Assembly: GCA_036397895.1 (NCBI GenBank)
Contig: DASWIA010000056.1
Coordinates: 2,468-66,467, forward strand
Source: Acidimicrobiales bacterium
GTDB taxonomy: Bacteria > Actinomycetota > Acidimicrobiia > Acidimicrobiales > DASWIA01
DNA: 64,000 nt
Direction of reading: 5' to 3'
Part shown: positions 27,389-40,451 of the stretch, piece by piece
Position numbering within the stretch: position 1 is the stretch's first letter
How the letters are laid out: each line of letters begins with the position of its first letter
Program-made: the position numbers and the translations under genes
The notes under the pieces: model-generated
What the model was told of the DNA's origin: nothing
Seen by the model: only the letters and a program-made list of their open reading frames with translations
Database searches by the model: none

Positions 27389-27868
27389 TCAGGCCAGCGC
27401 TTCGTCTAGCCGAGCCTCGGCCTTCTCCTCGTTGACGTTGAGGGCGAAGGTGAGCTCAGACACCAGGATCTGGCGGGCCCGGGCGAGCATTCGCTTCTCG
27501 CCGGCGGAGAGGCCTTTGTCCTTGTCGCGCAGCGACAGGTTCCGGACGACCTCAGCCACCTGGTAGATGTCGCCCGACTTCAGCTTCTCCACGTGGTTCT
27601 TGAAGCGCCGCGACCAATTCGTGGGCATGCGCGCCTCCTTCTTGCGGAGAACGGCGAAGACCTCTTCGACCTCCTCGTCGTTGATGACGTCGCGGAGACC
27701 AACCTCCTCGGTGTTGTCGGACGGCACCATGAGGGTGAGGTCACCGTACGCAAGGCGAAGAACGAGGTACTCGCGCTTCTCTCCGAAGGCTTCCTTCTGC
27801 TCCCGCCGCTCGATCACGGCGGCGCCGTGATGGGGGTAGACGACCTTGTCTCCGACGTCGAAGGGCAC
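27389..27868 (-). CDS. carD: CarD-family RNA-polymerase-binding transcription regulator
   Basis: 159 aa from GTG: [20 protein letters not shown]...[20 protein letters not shown]. Confidence 0.85.
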   Translation of the reverse strand: MPFDVGDKVVYPHHGAAVIERREQKEAFGEKREYLVLRLAYGDLTLMVPSDNTEEVGLRDVINDEEVEEVFAVLRKKEARMPTNWSRRFKNHVEKLKSGDIYQVAEVVRNLSLRDKDKGLSAGEKRMLARARQILVSELTFALNVNEEKAEARLDEALA

Positions 27869-28016
27869 CTGGGCTCCAAGAAGAGTTCGATGGGCTGCTG
27901 GACATCCAGGGTACGAGGGAACCATCCGGTTGCCCAATCCGCCGGGGACCGGCGACGACGATCCCACAGTGCGGGTTGGGGGCCCCCGACGGAGCGACCA
28001 GTAGGCTCCGCCCCCG

Positions 28017-28670
28017 ATGGAGCACCTGCTCGCCGAGGCCGACCTGTTTCGATTCCTGCCGCCGGAGTCCATTGCGCTCCTTCAGCGCGCCGCCGTGCTG
28101 CGAGACCTCACCCGCAATGAGATCCTCTTCGGCCAAGGCGACGCTCCCTCGGAGATGTACGTGGTGTCGAGCGGCCGAATCGCCATCGCCAACAAGTCCG
28201 AAGACGGGCGAGAGTCGATGGTGGCCCTGATGGAACGCGGCGACCTGTTCGGCGAGATGGGGATGTTCGACGAGATGGGCCGCTCAGCCGAGGCCCGAGC
28301 TCTGGAGCGGTCGGAGGTGCTGGCCGTGCCATACGCCGCGGTGCGGGCCGAGCTCGAGGCCGACCCGTCCCAGCTGTGGGGTGTGATCCGGCTGTTGAGC
28401 CAGCGGCTCCGCACCACCGACTCGGCGCTGGCCGATGCCGTGTTCCTCGACGTGACCGGGCGTACGGCCAAGCGGCTGCTCGAGATCGCCGGTGAGAACG
28501 AGTCATTCACCCTCCCGGTCACCCAAGAGGAGCTGGCCGGAATGGTCGGGGCCAGCCGCGAACGGGTGAACAAGGCGATCAGCCAGTTCGTCAAGCTGGG
28601 CTGGCTCGAGCAGAGCGATCGAAACTACCGCATCATCGATCGCCGCCAGCTCGAGATCCGTAGCGGCTGA
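28017..28670 (+). CDS. crp: Crp/Fnr-family cAMP-receptor-type transcription factor
   Basis: cNMP-binding domain ([10 protein letters not shown]...RSAEARA) and C-terminal HTH ([22 protein letters not shown]). Confidence 0.8.
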   Translation: MEHLLAEADLFRFLPPESIALLQRAAVLRDLTRNEILFGQGDAPSEMYVVSSGRIAIANKSEDGRESMVALMERGDLFGEMGMFDEMGRSAEARALERSEVLAVPYAAVRAELEADPSQLWGVIRLLSQRLRTTDSALADAVFLDVTGRTAKRLLEIAGENESFTLPVTQEELAGMVGASRERVNKAISQFVKLGWLEQSDRNYRIIDRRQLEIRSG

Positions 28671-28675
28671 GGGCC

Positions 28676-28700
28676 ACCGGCGGGCGCAGCGCCCGGCGGT
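28676..28700. terminator. GC-rich hairpin between convergent crp and hydrolase genes
   Basis: ACCGGCGGGCG-CAG-CGCCCGGCGGT forms an 11-bp stem with one mismatch. No clear U tract. Confidence 0.4.
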
Positions 28701-29365
28701 CACCCCGCACTCAGGAAGGCGATGCAGCGATCCCACGCGTCGACGGCGTCGTCGGGCCGGTGGGCGGGGCGATCGGGGTCGTGGACGAACCCGTGGTCGG
28801 CGCCGTCGTAGCGAACCACTGTGACCGTCTCCCGTTCGACGAGGGCGTCGACGTCGGCGGGTGGCGTCCACGGGTCGGCCGTGCCGATGATGGCCAGCGT
28901 GGGGCAGGCATCGGGGCCATCAAGGTAGCCGAGCGGCTCCCGCTGGCCGGGCGCCGACCACCGCTCGGGGATCCGGACCATCCCGTAGAACGCGACGGCT
29001 CGGTGGAACCGGCCGGTGCCGGAAGCCTTCAGCGTGAACATGCCGCCCATGCAGAATCCGAGCACACCTACCCGCGCCGTTCCCACCAGATCGGCGGCAA
29101 GCACGGCATCCCTCAGCAGGTCATCGTCAGCGATGGTGCTGACTGACTCCAAACGCTCTTCGAGCGTGAGCGTCTCACGACCGGGCCACGGCTCGATGGC
29201 CGCCACTGGGGCGCCGAGCCGTTCCGCCACCGTCGCTGCGTGGTCATCGAACAACGGTCGAAGACCGCCGATGTCCGGGATCAACACCGCGCCGGAAGCC
29301 GACGGGTTCACCGAGTCGGGTCGGGCGATCTCGACGGGGGTTCCGGAGAGCAACGTGTCTCGCAC
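28700..29365 (-). CDS. dienelactone hydrolase family protein
   Basis: 221 aa alpha/beta hydrolase with a nucleophile elbow GFCMGG and a C-terminal DHGF motif. Confidence 0.65.
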   Translation of the reverse strand: MRDTLLSGTPVEIARPDSVNPSASGAVLIPDIGGLRPLFDDHAATVAERLGAPVAAIEPWPGRETLTLEERLESVSTIADDDLLRDAVLAADLVGTARVGVLGFCMGGMFTLKASGTGRFHRAVAFYGMVRIPERWSAPGQREPLGYLDGPDACPTLAIIGTADPWTPPADVDALVERETVTVVRYDGADHGFVHDPDRPAHRPDDAVDAWDRCIAFLSAG

Positions 29366-29422
29366 GGACCTCTGGTGTAGTCGCTCGGCCGCCGGCTCGC
29401 TGACGCCACGGCGCTGGCGCCC

Positions 29423-30508
29423 TCAGGTGTAGCGGTCGAGGATGGAGGTCTCGGCCAGCTTCGACAGGCCGTCCTTGATGGCGCGGGCGCGGGTCTCGCC
29501 CACCCCCTCGACGTCGTCGAGGTCGTCGATCGTCGCTCGCATGATCTTGTTGAGGCTGCCGAACTGATCGATGATCCCCTCGACGACCTGGTCGGGCAGA
29601 CGCGGGATGCGCGACAGCAGGCGGTACCCGCGGGGCTCCACGCCCCCGTCGAGGGTGACGGTGGCATCGGGGAGGTGCAGGGTGGCGGCCACCGCCTGGA
29701 GGTCGAGCAGGTCCTCGGTGTCGAGGGCGGTGAGCGCGTCCATGGACTCGTCGAGGTGCCAGCCAAGCTCCTCGTGGAAGTAGTCGCGGATGACGAGGCG
29801 GCGGTCATCCTCCACCCCACCCATCAGCTCTTCGAGCTGGAGACGGATGAGCCGCCCGTCGGTGCCGAGCTCGACCAGGTAACCGCCGATCTCGTTGGCG
29901 ATTCGGCGCACCATCTCGGTCCGCTGGAGGACGGTGACGACATCGCGCAGGGTGACCAGGTCTTCGACCTCGAGCGCGGCCAGGCTGCCCGACACCCCAT
30001 CGAGGCGGGTCTTGTACCGCTCGAGCGTGGCCAGGGCTTGGTTGGTGCGATCGAGGAGACGGGGGACCGCCTCGAGTGTTCGCTTCTCGGTGCCACGGTA
30101 GACAGCGACGACACGCTGGTCCTCGGACACGGCGACGACGGGAACGGCGATGGAGCGGGCCACTCGCTCGGCCGTGCGGTGTCGGGTACCGGTCTCCGAC
30201 GTGTGCACGCTGGGATCGGGCACAAGATGGACGTTGGCCCGGGCGATGCGTTGGGCGTCGGCCGACAAGATGATGGCACCGTCCATCTTCGCCAGCTCGG
30301 ACAGGCGCTGAGGACTGAACGCGGCGTCGAACAGGAAGCCACCCGAGCAGATGCCGAGCACCTCCGCTGTGTCCCCCACGATGACTAGGGCACCCATGGC
30401 GGCCTGGAGGATGCGGTCGAGGCCCTCGCGCAGTGAGTTGCCGGGAGCAACCACCGAAAGCGCAGCGAGCATCTCCTCGCTGCTCGGTCGCTGGCTCATG
30501 GCGATCAA
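29423..30508 (-). CDS. disA: DNA integrity scanning protein DisA (diadenylate cyclase)
   Basis: 361 aa with a DAC domain (DGAIILS, RHRTAERV) and a C-terminal HhH region. Adjacent to radA. Confidence 0.85.
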   Translation of the reverse strand: MIAMSQRPSSEEMLAALSVVAPGNSLREGLDRILQAAMGALVIVGDTAEVLGICSGGFLFDAAFSPQRLSELAKMDGAIILSADAQRIARANVHLVPDPSVHTSETGTRHRTAERVARSIAVPVVAVSEDQRVVAVYRGTEKRTLEAVPRLLDRTNQALATLERYKTRLDGVSGSLAALEVEDLVTLRDVVTVLQRTEMVRRIANEIGGYLVELGTDGRLIRLQLEELMGGVEDDRRLVIRDYFHEELGWHLDESMDALTALDTEDLLDLQAVAATLHLPDATVTLDGGVEPRGYRLLSRIPRLPDQVVEGIIDQFGSLNKIMRATIDDLDDVEGVGETRARAIKDGLSKLAETSILDRYT

Positions 30509-30565
30509 GGTTACTTGGCTCGTCGATCGACCCCGTCCGACGCCGACAGGGACAGGCGGTGAATG

Positions 30566-31951
30566 TCATGCCGACCGCGGCACATCTCGGTCGTCGCTCG
30601 CCCGGCAGCCGACGGCGGTCAGAGCCTCGCTGAGCGACGCTGCGCGCACGGCCGTGAGCCCCGGTGGCGGATCGGGTGCCGAGAGCGGGACCAGCGCCTC
30701 GATGAACCCACATCGTTGGGCCTCGACGAGCCGTCGCCTGGTGTGAGCGACCTGACGCAGCTCGCCGGCCAACCCGACCTCGGCACAGGTGACGAGCGTG
30801 GGAGACACCGCCGTGCCCGACAGCGACGACGCCAAGGCGATGGCGATGGCCAGGTCGGCGCCGGGCTCGATCACCTTCACGCCGCCGGCAACCGAGACCC
30901 AGACATCGAGGTGGCCGAACGGGACCCCGGTCCATCGCTGGGCGGCGGCCAGCACCAGGGCTACCCGGGCCGGGTCGACCCCCTGGGTGGTGCGCCGCGG
31001 CTGGGCCAGCCCCGACGGCACCGCGAGGCCCTGAACCTCGGCCAGGAAGGGCCGGTTGCCGTCGATCGAGCCCACGACGACCGAGCCGGCGACGTCGGGC
31101 CGACGGTCGGCCAGGAACATGGAGGAGGGATCGTCGACGACTCGGAGCCCGGAGTCGGTCATCTCGAACACCGCGACCTCGCCCGTGGCCCCGAACCGGT
31201 GCTTGGTGGCGCGCAGCAGACGAAGGGCGTGGTGACGATCGCCCTCGAAGGCCAACACCGTGTCGACGACATGCTCGAGGACACGGGGTCCGGCAAGGGA
31301 CCCGTCTTTGGTGACGTGGCCCGCCACCAGCACCGACGTGCCGGTGCGCTTGGCCACCTCCACGAGGCGGTGGGCGCACTCTCGCACCTGGGCGACCGAG
31401 CCGGGTGCCCCGCTCTGGTCGGCTGCGGCGAGCGTCTGGATGGAGTCGACCACGACGACTGCCGGCTCCTGGGATTCGATGGCGGAAAGACAGTCGGCAA
31501 GGTCGGTGGTGATGCACAGCGACAGCCGCGGGCGGAGGGCCCCGAGCCGGTCGGCGCGGCTCCGTACCTGATCGGCGGATTCCTCCGCCGACACCAGCAA
31601 CGACGGCCGGCCACCGGCGGCCACTCCGGCCAGGACCTGGAGCAGCAGGGTGGACTTGCCGATGCCTGGCTCACCTCCGACCAGCGTGACCGAGCCATCG
31701 ACGAGCCCGCCGTCGAGGAGCCGGTCGAGCTCGCGCACGCCGGTGGAGCGCGGCGGCTCGACGGCCAGGTCGCTGGCGGCGATGGGCCCTACGACCGGCC
31801 GAGCAGCGGGAAGGGACGCCCCCGTGGTGTTCGACGGCACCATCTCCTCGATGATCGTGCCCCACTCACCACAGGTGTGGCATCGCCCTGACCACGTGGC
31901 GGCGGGGGAACCACACGACGAGCAATGATGAGCCGAACGAGCGCGCGCCAT
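30566..31951 (-). CDS. radA: DNA repair protein RadA
   Basis: N-terminal zinc finger CSSCG...CHTCGEW, Walker A GEPGIGKST, KNRFG-like TKHRFG and a Lon-like C-terminus. Start at ATG 31951. Confidence 0.85.
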   Translation of the reverse strand: MARARSAHHCSSCGSPAATWSGRCHTCGEWGTIIEEMVPSNTTGASLPAARPVVGPIAASDLAVEPPRSTGVRELDRLLDGGLVDGSVTLVGGEPGIGKSTLLLQVLAGVAAGGRPSLLVSAEESADQVRSRADRLGALRPRLSLCITTDLADCLSAIESQEPAVVVVDSIQTLAAADQSGAPGSVAQVRECAHRLVEVAKRTGTSVLVAGHVTKDGSLAGPRVLEHVVDTVLAFEGDRHHALRLLRATKHRFGATGEVAVFEMTDSGLRVVDDPSSMFLADRRPDVAGSVVVGSIDGNRPFLAEVQGLAVPSGLAQPRRTTQGVDPARVALVLAAAQRWTGVPFGHLDVWVSVAGGVKVIEPGADLAIAIALASSLSGTAVSPTLVTCAEVGLAGELRQVAHTRRRLVEAQRCGFIEALVPLSAPDPPPGLTAVRAASLSEALTAVGCRASDDRDVPRSA

Positions 31952-32005
31952 GCCCGCAACGTAGAGACGGGGTGGTACCGCCCAGTCTCTCAACCGCCCA
32001 GTCCT

Positions 32006-32755
32006 TCAACCGCTCGGGCGCGCCGCCCGCCGCGCCGCCACCACCACCGCCGTCGCCAGACCGGCGAGACCGAGCCCTCCGAGGCCGAGGGCCACGACGC
32101 GGGCACCGTTGAGCTGGCCGGTGCTGGCAGTGAGCGTTGCGCGCTGGCCGAGGCGGGGCGACCAGACCGCGGCTCCGTCGACGACGGTGGGGGCGTTGGC
32201 CGTGACCGATCCCGGAAGCCGGGCGATGAACCGCACGGTGAACACCGAGTCGATGGTCGAGCCCAGACGCCGGCGCAACGACTCGAGCGCCTCGGCCGTG
32301 GCCGGGTCCAGCGACGCGTCGCCCGACAACCCCCCGACGTCGCCGCTGAGGTCGACGGTGGCGTCGAGCCGGATCGACCGGCGGAGCAGCGATGACGACG
32401 GGGTGAGCGCCAGCTCGCGGACCGGTCCGTCGGCACCGGATATCTCGTTCATGACCGCCGATGCCTCCGCCGGATCGGAGAACGGCTTGGTGGCTCGAAC
32501 CCAGGTCAGGTCGTCATCGGTCCGGCGAGGGCCTTCGACGGACCACCCGGCATCAACGAGATCGGCGACGTCGAGCAGGTCGGCCAGATCACCCACCGCG
32601 ACGACGCTCTCGTCGTCGAGTCCCACGGCCAGCGACACCTCGCCCGATCCGTCGACGTCGGCGGAGACGGCCACGTCGACGCGGACCTCGCAGGCGGCAG
32701 TCAGCGCCGCCAGCAGCGTGACGAACGCGACGGCGCCGCGCCGCCGAACCGTCAC
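32006..32755 (-). CDS. putative lipoprotein with C-terminal TM anchor (LppM-like architecture)
   Basis: Lipobox LAALTAAC and a C-terminal hydrophobic segment followed by RRAARP. The GTG start overlaps the USP stop (GTGA). Confidence 0.45.
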   Translation of the reverse strand: MTVRRRGAVAFVTLLAALTAACEVRVDVAVSADVDGSGEVSLAVGLDDESVVAVGDLADLLDVADLVDAGWSVEGPRRTDDDLTWVRATKPFSDPAEASAVMNEISGADGPVRELALTPSSSLLRRSIRLDATVDLSGDVGGLSGDASLDPATAEALESLRRRLGSTIDSVFTVRFIARLPGSVTANAPTVVDGAAVWSPRLGQRATLTASTGQLNGARVVALGLGGLGLAGLATAVVVAARRAARPSG

Positions 32756-33123
32756 GTGGTGGCGACGATGAGGAAGTTGGCGGGCATGGCGTGACCCACC
32801 TTGTTGGGAACCGAGCTCTGGAGAAAGTGGCGCACGCCCGTCATCCCCTTGTTGCCGGTGACAACGAGGTCGTAGCCGCCCCGGGTGGCCTCGCCCACCA
32901 AGGCAGACTCGGGGTCGTCGTCGATCACCGCGGTGTCGATGGCCACTCCGCTGCCGGCATGTGCGGACGCCGCTGCGTGAACGGCGTTCTCGGCCCGTGG
33001 CCCCTTGCCGGCCATCAGAACGGTGAGCGTGCCTCCGGTGAGCTGGGCGACCTGGACGGCGCGGGCCACTGCCTTCTGCGCGGTCGCCGAGCCATCGGTA
33101 CCCACCAGGATCTTGCGGTACAT
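32752..33123 (-). CDS. universal stress protein (UspA family)
   Basis: [12 protein letters not shown]...[24 protein letters not shown] typical USP motifs. Confidence 0.75.
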   Translation of the reverse strand: MYRKILVGTDGSATAQKAVARAVQVAQLTGGTLTVLMAGKGPRAENAVHAAASAHAGSGVAIDTAVIDDDPESALVGEATRGGYDLVVTGNKGMTGVRHFLQSSVPNKVGHAMPANFLIVATT

Positions 33124-33319
33124 CGGGGCGCAGGTTATCGCCAATGCCGCGATGAGTCCGGCCCGAGACCCTCAGACCGCCGGCCTCGCCGCCGACAGGA
33201 ACAGCAAGGAGACCATGACCGGCGGGCCAGCCGGCCGACGCGAGGCCCGAGGTCCGCCGGTACACTCACCCATCCAAGCAGACGACCACCGGGGAAGGGT
33301 TCCCGAGGGGAGAGGCACT

Positions 33320-35818
<2,499 letters not shown>

Positions 35819-35861
35819 CGCTGAATGGTTCGCCTGAATACGTCGGTCCTAGAGTTCTCCG

Positions 35862-36863
35862 GTGGCCGCCCTGCCTGCACCTCTGCTTGCACTGCCGGGG
35901 ATCGAGGGCTCCCTCGAACGGGTGGAGAAGGCGCTGGCGGCCAGCGTCATCTCCGATGATCCCTTTCTCACCGAGGTCGCCGGCCATCTGATCGGCGCTG
36001 GGGGCAAGCGGGTACGTCCGGCGCTCGCGGTCGTGGCCGCGTCGGTGGCCACCGGCGGCGACACCCGGGATCTGCCCGATGAGGTCATCCAGGGCGCCAT
36101 CTCCGTGGAGCTGGTCCACCTCGGCTCCCTGTACCACGACGACGTGATGGATGAGGCCACCACGCGCCGCAGCGTCGAGAGCGTGAACGCCCGGTGGGGC
36201 AACCTCGTGGCCATACTGGCCGGCGACTTCCTCCTGGCCCGCAGCTCGGAGATCGCCTCTGCCCTGGGGTCCGAGGTTGCCGGTCTGCTGGCCGCAACGA
36301 TCTCCCGGCTCTGCGAAGGCCAGGTGGCCGAGCTCCAGCACGCCTACGGCCTCGATCGGAGCCTCGAGGCCTACAACCGTTCGATCTCGGGCAAGACGGC
36401 GGCCCTGTTGGCCACCTCGTGTCGCATCGGGGCGCTGGTCGCCGATCTTCCCCGCCCCCAGGTCGAGGCTCTCACGTTGTTCGGCGACCGGTTCGGCATG
36501 GCGTTCCAGGTCGTCGACGACGTGTTGGACATCGTCGCCTCCGACGATGAGCTCGGGAAGCCCTCGGGCAACGACATGGCCGAAGGCGTGTACACGCTGC
36601 CCGTCATCTCCACGCTGGCCGGGGGTGGCCCCGCCGCCGATGAGCTTCGCTCGATACTGGGCAGCCCTCTCGACCGGCCCGCGGCGGAGCAGGCCCGAGA
36701 CATCATCCGCCTCCAGCCGGCCGTGACCGAGGCGTGCGATGTCGCTCGTCGCTACGTTGACGACGCCATCGCCGCGCTCGAGCCTCTGCCGCCGGGTCCC
36801 AACGTGGAGGCGCTCACCGCCCTCGCCCACCACACCGTGGATCGGGTGACGTCACGGGCCTGA
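35862..36863 (+). CDS. polyprenyl diphosphate synthase (trans-IPPS, HepT/GrcC1-like)
   Basis: First Asp-rich motif LYHDDVMDEATTRR and second VVDDVLD. Confidence 0.75.
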   Translation: MAALPAPLLALPGIEGSLERVEKALAASVISDDPFLTEVAGHLIGAGGKRVRPALAVVAASVATGGDTRDLPDEVIQGAISVELVHLGSLYHDDVMDEATTRRSVESVNARWGNLVAILAGDFLLARSSEIASALGSEVAGLLAATISRLCEGQVAELQHAYGLDRSLEAYNRSISGKTAALLATSCRIGALVADLPRPQVEALTLFGDRFGMAFQVVDDVLDIVASDDELGKPSGNDMAEGVYTLPVISTLAGGGPAADELRSILGSPLDRPAAEQARDIIRLQPAVTEACDVARRYVDDAIAALEPLPPGPNVEALTALAHHTVDRVTSRA

Positions 36864-36962
36864 CGGCTACGCCGGCGCTCGACCGGTGGCCGTCGGGGGC
36901 ACAGCCGGCGGTGGGCCTCGTCGACCTCGAGGTGGCCGGGGCGTGGCTCCGGCGACGAAGCG

Positions 36963-37835
36963 TCAGGCCGCCGATGCGGGGCGGAGGTGGCGGGGCCGGG
37001 CATCGGCGTGGGCCTCGAGGTGGTCGGCGATGAGGCGGTTGAGCTCACGGGCATGCTGGACCATGAACCCGTGGGCGGCGCCGTTGATGAGCACCAGGTC
37101 GCTGTTGGTGTAGATCTCGGCCAGCTCCTCGCTATCGCCTGCCGGCGTGAGGATGTCCTGGCTGCCGACCACGATGAGGACAGGGATCGTGACGCCACGG
37201 GCTTCGTCGGCTACCGCGTCGTCCATCGCCAAGATGGCTTCGATCTGGCCCACGAACGATTCGGCGGGGCAGGACAGGATGAGGTGGCCGAGGAGCCCGA
37301 TCGGGGCGGCGAACCGGCGGTGCGATCGGGGACCGATGAGCCACCGCATGGCCCGGCCGAGCAGCGCCCTCATACCCTGCTGTGACGCGACCTCAGCCCA
37401 GTCCTCGAGCAGCTCGCGCCGCCACTCGTGATGACGCGCAGCCGTGCAGCACAGCACCATGCTGCGGACCCGCCGGGGGTGTCGAGCAGCCATGATCTGG
37501 GCGATCACGCCGCCCATCGAGGCGCCGATGACATGGGCGGCGTCAACCCCCGCGTGGTCGAGAACGGCCAACACGTCGGCCGCCATCACCTCGAGATCGA
37601 AGGTGCGGACGCGGTCGCTGCGGCCGACTCCCCGGTTGTCGACGGTGATCACGCGATGTGATCGGCCGATCGCTCGGCGCTGGAACGCCCAGCCCCGGCT
37701 GTCGGCCCCCAGCCCCTGGATCATGACCACGGCGTCACCGCTGCGCTTTCCCGACAGGTCGTACCAGATCCGGGTTCCATCGTCAGCGGCGGCGTAGGGC
37801 ACGGGATCGAGAGTACCGACCCGTCCCGTCACCAC
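36963..37835 (-). CDS. alpha/beta-fold hydrolase
   Basis: HG-like MIQGLG, nucleophile elbow GASMGG, C-terminal NGAAHGF. GTG start near 37835. The 489-aa track ORF is a composite. Confidence 0.65.
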   Translation of the reverse strand: MVTGRVGTLDPVPYAAADDGTRIWYDLSGKRSGDAVVMIQGLGADSRGWAFQRRAIGRSHRVITVDNRGVGRSDRVRTFDLEVMAADVLAVLDHAGVDAAHVIGASMGGVIAQIMAARHPRRVRSMVLCCTAARHHEWRRELLEDWAEVASQQGMRALLGRAMRWLIGPRSHRRFAAPIGLLGHLILSCPAESFVGQIEAILAMDDAVADEARGVTIPVLIVVGSQDILTPAGDSEELAEIYTNSDLVLINGAAHGFMVQHARELNRLIADHLEAHADARPRHLRPASAA

Positions 37836-37863
37836 CCGAATCTCCCGGCGCCGCGCCGGTGGG

Positions 37864-38742
37864 CTACTTGAGGAGGCGGGAGAGGCGCCGGTCGGCCAGC
37901 ACCTTGCCGCCGGTCTGGCACGACGGGCAGTAGACGATCTCGTGGGACTCGAAGCTGACGCGGCGCAAGGTGTCGTCACACCCCGCCGCGGGGCACTGCT
38001 GGCCATGGCGCCGGTGGACGATGAACCGGTCTCCCAGCTTGGTGGGCAACCCGCCGGTGCGGTGCCGCTCGTGTTCGAGCGCCTCGGCGAGCACCCCGCG
38101 GACACTGGCCACGAGATGGTGCCGCTGGGTGTCGTCGAGCTTGGCCAGGCTGGCAAAGGGGCTGATGCCGGCGCGGTGCAAGGCATCGTCGGCGTGGCCC
38201 CGACCGATGCCGGCGACGGTTCGCTGATCGCGCAGAACGGTATGGATTCGACGGTTGTCGTCGACAGTGAGGAGGAGGTCGGCGAACTCGTCGCTGTCGG
38301 GCTCGGGACCGAGCCCAACGAGGGGACCGGGGTCTGTGGCTTCGAGCAGCCACACGCCCGCCCTGCGCTCGGTGCCGAACTCTTTGATGAGCATCGACGG
38401 CCGTTCACCGCCACTATCGAGGTGGTCGTCATCGTGGCCGCGGTCGCTGAAGTGGAGGCGGGCTACGCCGGGCTTGGGGCGTGTCGTCTTGGGCGGGTCC
38501 TCGATGTCGACACGTCCTCCCTGGGAGAGGTGGAACACCAGACGCGGGCCGTCGAGGTCGACGATGGCGTACTTGGCCCGCCGCTCCGCACCGATGACGG
38601 TTCGCCCGACGAGGTCGTCGGGGCTGGGTGCCACCGTCTTCAGCGCGTTGAACTGGAGGAGCTGCAAGCCCTCGAAGGTGGCCCCCCGGTAGAGGGCGTC
38701 AAGCCGCTCCACCAAACCCTGCATCTCGGGCAGCTCCGGCAT
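37864..38742 (-). CDS. Fpg/Nei-family DNA glycosylase / AP lyase
   Basis: N-terminal MPELPEM catalytic motif, H2TH region and a C-terminal zinc finger CPAAGC...CPSC. Confidence 0.8.
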   Translation of the reverse strand: MPELPEMQGLVERLDALYRGATFEGLQLLQFNALKTVAPSPDDLVGRTVIGAERRAKYAIVDLDGPRLVFHLSQGGRVDIEDPPKTTRPKPGVARLHFSDRGHDDDHLDSGGERPSMLIKEFGTERRAGVWLLEATDPGPLVGLGPEPDSDEFADLLLTVDDNRRIHTVLRDQRTVAGIGRGHADDALHRAGISPFASLAKLDDTQRHHLVASVRGVLAEALEHERHRTGGLPTKLGDRFIVHRRHGQQCPAAGCDDTLRRVSFESHEIVYCPSCQTGGKVLADRRLSRLLK

Positions 38743-38796
38743 GAGCTCAGGCTAGGGCCCGCACTCCCCTCGTCCCGTCGTGCCCCTGATGTGGTG

Positions 38797-39483
38797 TCAG
38801 CCCATCAACCAGTGCGGGGGCGTGGCCTCATCGAGGAGGGCCTGCACCCGCATGCGGGCCTCGTCGGCCAGCTCGGCCATGGCCAGCGGACCACTGCCCG
38901 ACAGTCGAGGGATGGGATCGCCCAGCACCACATGCCAACGGCGCCCGACCTCGCGGCCGATGACGGCGGCGGGGATGACCGGAACACCGAGCGCCAACGC
39001 CGGTTCGAGGGAGAAGGCGGGGACAGTGCCCGCCTTACCCCGTTGCCGGATGCTTCGCTTCAGCGAGAGGGTCACGACGTGGCCGAGCCGCAGCAGGCTG
39101 TGGAGCTCTTCAGGGCGGTCCACCGCGCCGCCCACCCGGCGCAGGATCGGACCGACCGGCGCGATGTCGGGCACGCCAAGGAATCGAGCCCGACGCCCGG
39201 TGGCGAGTCGCACGCCGCGACCCAACACGATCGGTTCGGACACCCCGAAGCGGCGGTTGGCCACGATGACGGCCGGGCCGATGGCGGGCACGACGCCGGC
39301 GTTCTTCACCTCGATGTTCCACCGCAACGACACCAGCGGATCGAAGATCTGCATCAGCTCGACGTCGAGCCCGAACTCGTCGGTCTCGAAGGCACCGGTG
39401 ATCCGGCGACGCAGCAGATCGACGATCGACGCGTTCTGCGCCTCGGACTCCACGTCGGGTAGAGAGGCCACGGGTTGGCTCAT
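38797..39483 (-). CDS. PlsC-like acyltransferase-fold protein lacking a clear HxxxxD motif
   Basis: IVANRRFGVSEPIV sits where ANH...D is expected. ATGA overlap with the upstream epimerase gene. From memory this pairing resembles mycobacterial galE2/Rv0502. Confidence 0.45.
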   Translation of the reverse strand: MSQPVASLPDVESEAQNASIVDLLRRRITGAFETDEFGLDVELMQIFDPLVSLRWNIEVKNAGVVPAIGPAVIVANRRFGVSEPIVLGRGVRLATGRRARFLGVPDIAPVGPILRRVGGAVDRPEELHSLLRLGHVVTLSLKRSIRQRGKAGTVPAFSLEPALALGVPVIPAAVIGREVGRRWHVVLGDPIPRLSGSGPLAMAELADEARMRVQALLDEATPPHWLMG

Positions 39484-40445
39484 GCGGCCTGCCCCTCGAC
39501 GACGTTCAGATGGGTGACCGGCGCCCATTCGTAGAGCTCCTTCACGACATCGCGCGTGGTGTGGGTGTGGTCGAGCGCGAGCTGGCTGCGACCCTCAGCC
39601 CCGTTCGCCGTGCGGCCGCGATGCATGAGCTCGAGCACGTGGTCGGGCACGGGCGAGCCGGCGAGCTCGGAGAGACGACGGGCCAAGCGCCACTCGGGTC
39701 CGATCAGGGGGACAGGCAACCGCCGGCCCATGCGGGCAGCTTGCGACGCGGTGACCGCTCCGGGGCCGACGATGTTGAGCGGACCGTCGTATCGAGCATG
39801 CAGCGCGGCGACGATGGCATCGGCCGCGTCCTCTTGGTGAACGAGCGAGAACGGTGGGTCGGCCAGCGCACTTACGGGGACGAGCGGCAGCCGCAGGTAG
39901 CGACCGAGCGGGCTGGGGAAGTGCGGACCTACCAGCGGCGCGAAGCGCAGCGCGGTGACCGGCACGTCGGCGGACTCCCCCGCCGACGCGGCGACCGCCT
40001 CGGTGCGCAGCAACGTGTGGCCGAACTGGGCGGTGGGGTCGGGGGCGGTGGCCTCGTCGGGCACCAGCGGGGCGTTGCGACGACGGCCGTACACCTCGAT
40101 GCCGGACCGGGTCACGATGCGATCGAGCTCGGTGCTCTCGACGGCGGCGCCCAGGGCCGCCAGCGATCCGCTGATGCTGCGCTCGCGGGCGGTGGCAGGC
40201 GTGGACCGGCCGTGGGGCTCGTAGATGCCCAGATGGATGACGGCGGTGGGCGCCCACTGGCGAACGGCGTCGACGGTGCCGCGCCGGTCGCGGGGGTCGA
40301 TGCGCTTGAACTCGCTGCGCCGTAGACGGCGGCGGGGTGGATCGACGTCGAGACCGTAGATCTCAGCGATGCGCGAATCGGACTCGAGCATGAGCGCGAC
40401 GCGAGTGCCGAGCTCGCCGCCCATTCCCGTGACCAGCACCCGCAT
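39480..40445 (-). CDS. NAD-dependent epimerase/dehydratase family protein
   Basis: Rossmann motif VLVTGMGGELG. 321 aa. Confidence 0.7.
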   Translation of the reverse strand: MRVLVTGMGGELGTRVALMLESDSRIAEIYGLDVDPPRRRLRRSEFKRIDPRDRRGTVDAVRQWAPTAVIHLGIYEPHGRSTPATARERSISGSLAALGAAVESTELDRIVTRSGIEVYGRRRNAPLVPDEATAPDPTAQFGHTLLRTEAVAASAGESADVPVTALRFAPLVGPHFPSPLGRYLRLPLVPVSALADPPFSLVHQEDAADAIVAALHARYDGPLNIVGPGAVTASQAARMGRRLPVPLIGPEWRLARRLSELAGSPVPDHVLELMHRGRTANGAEGRSQLALDHTHTTRDVVKELYEWAPVTHLNVVEGQAA

Positions 40446-40451
40446 CAGACG

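Noticed and set aside
29805-31517. 570-aa minus-strand ORF spanning disA and radA
   Set aside because: This is an Arg/Pro/Gly-rich shadow frame. The true frames encode DisA and RadA with canonical motifs.
33005-33319. 105-codon N-terminal extension of clpC, including an ATG at 33209 preceded by AAGGAG
   Set aside because: The ClpC family starts at [11 protein letters not shown]. The extension is low-complexity, and the AAGGAG lies only 3 nt from that ATG. GTG at 33320 with an upstream GGGGAGAGG is preferred.
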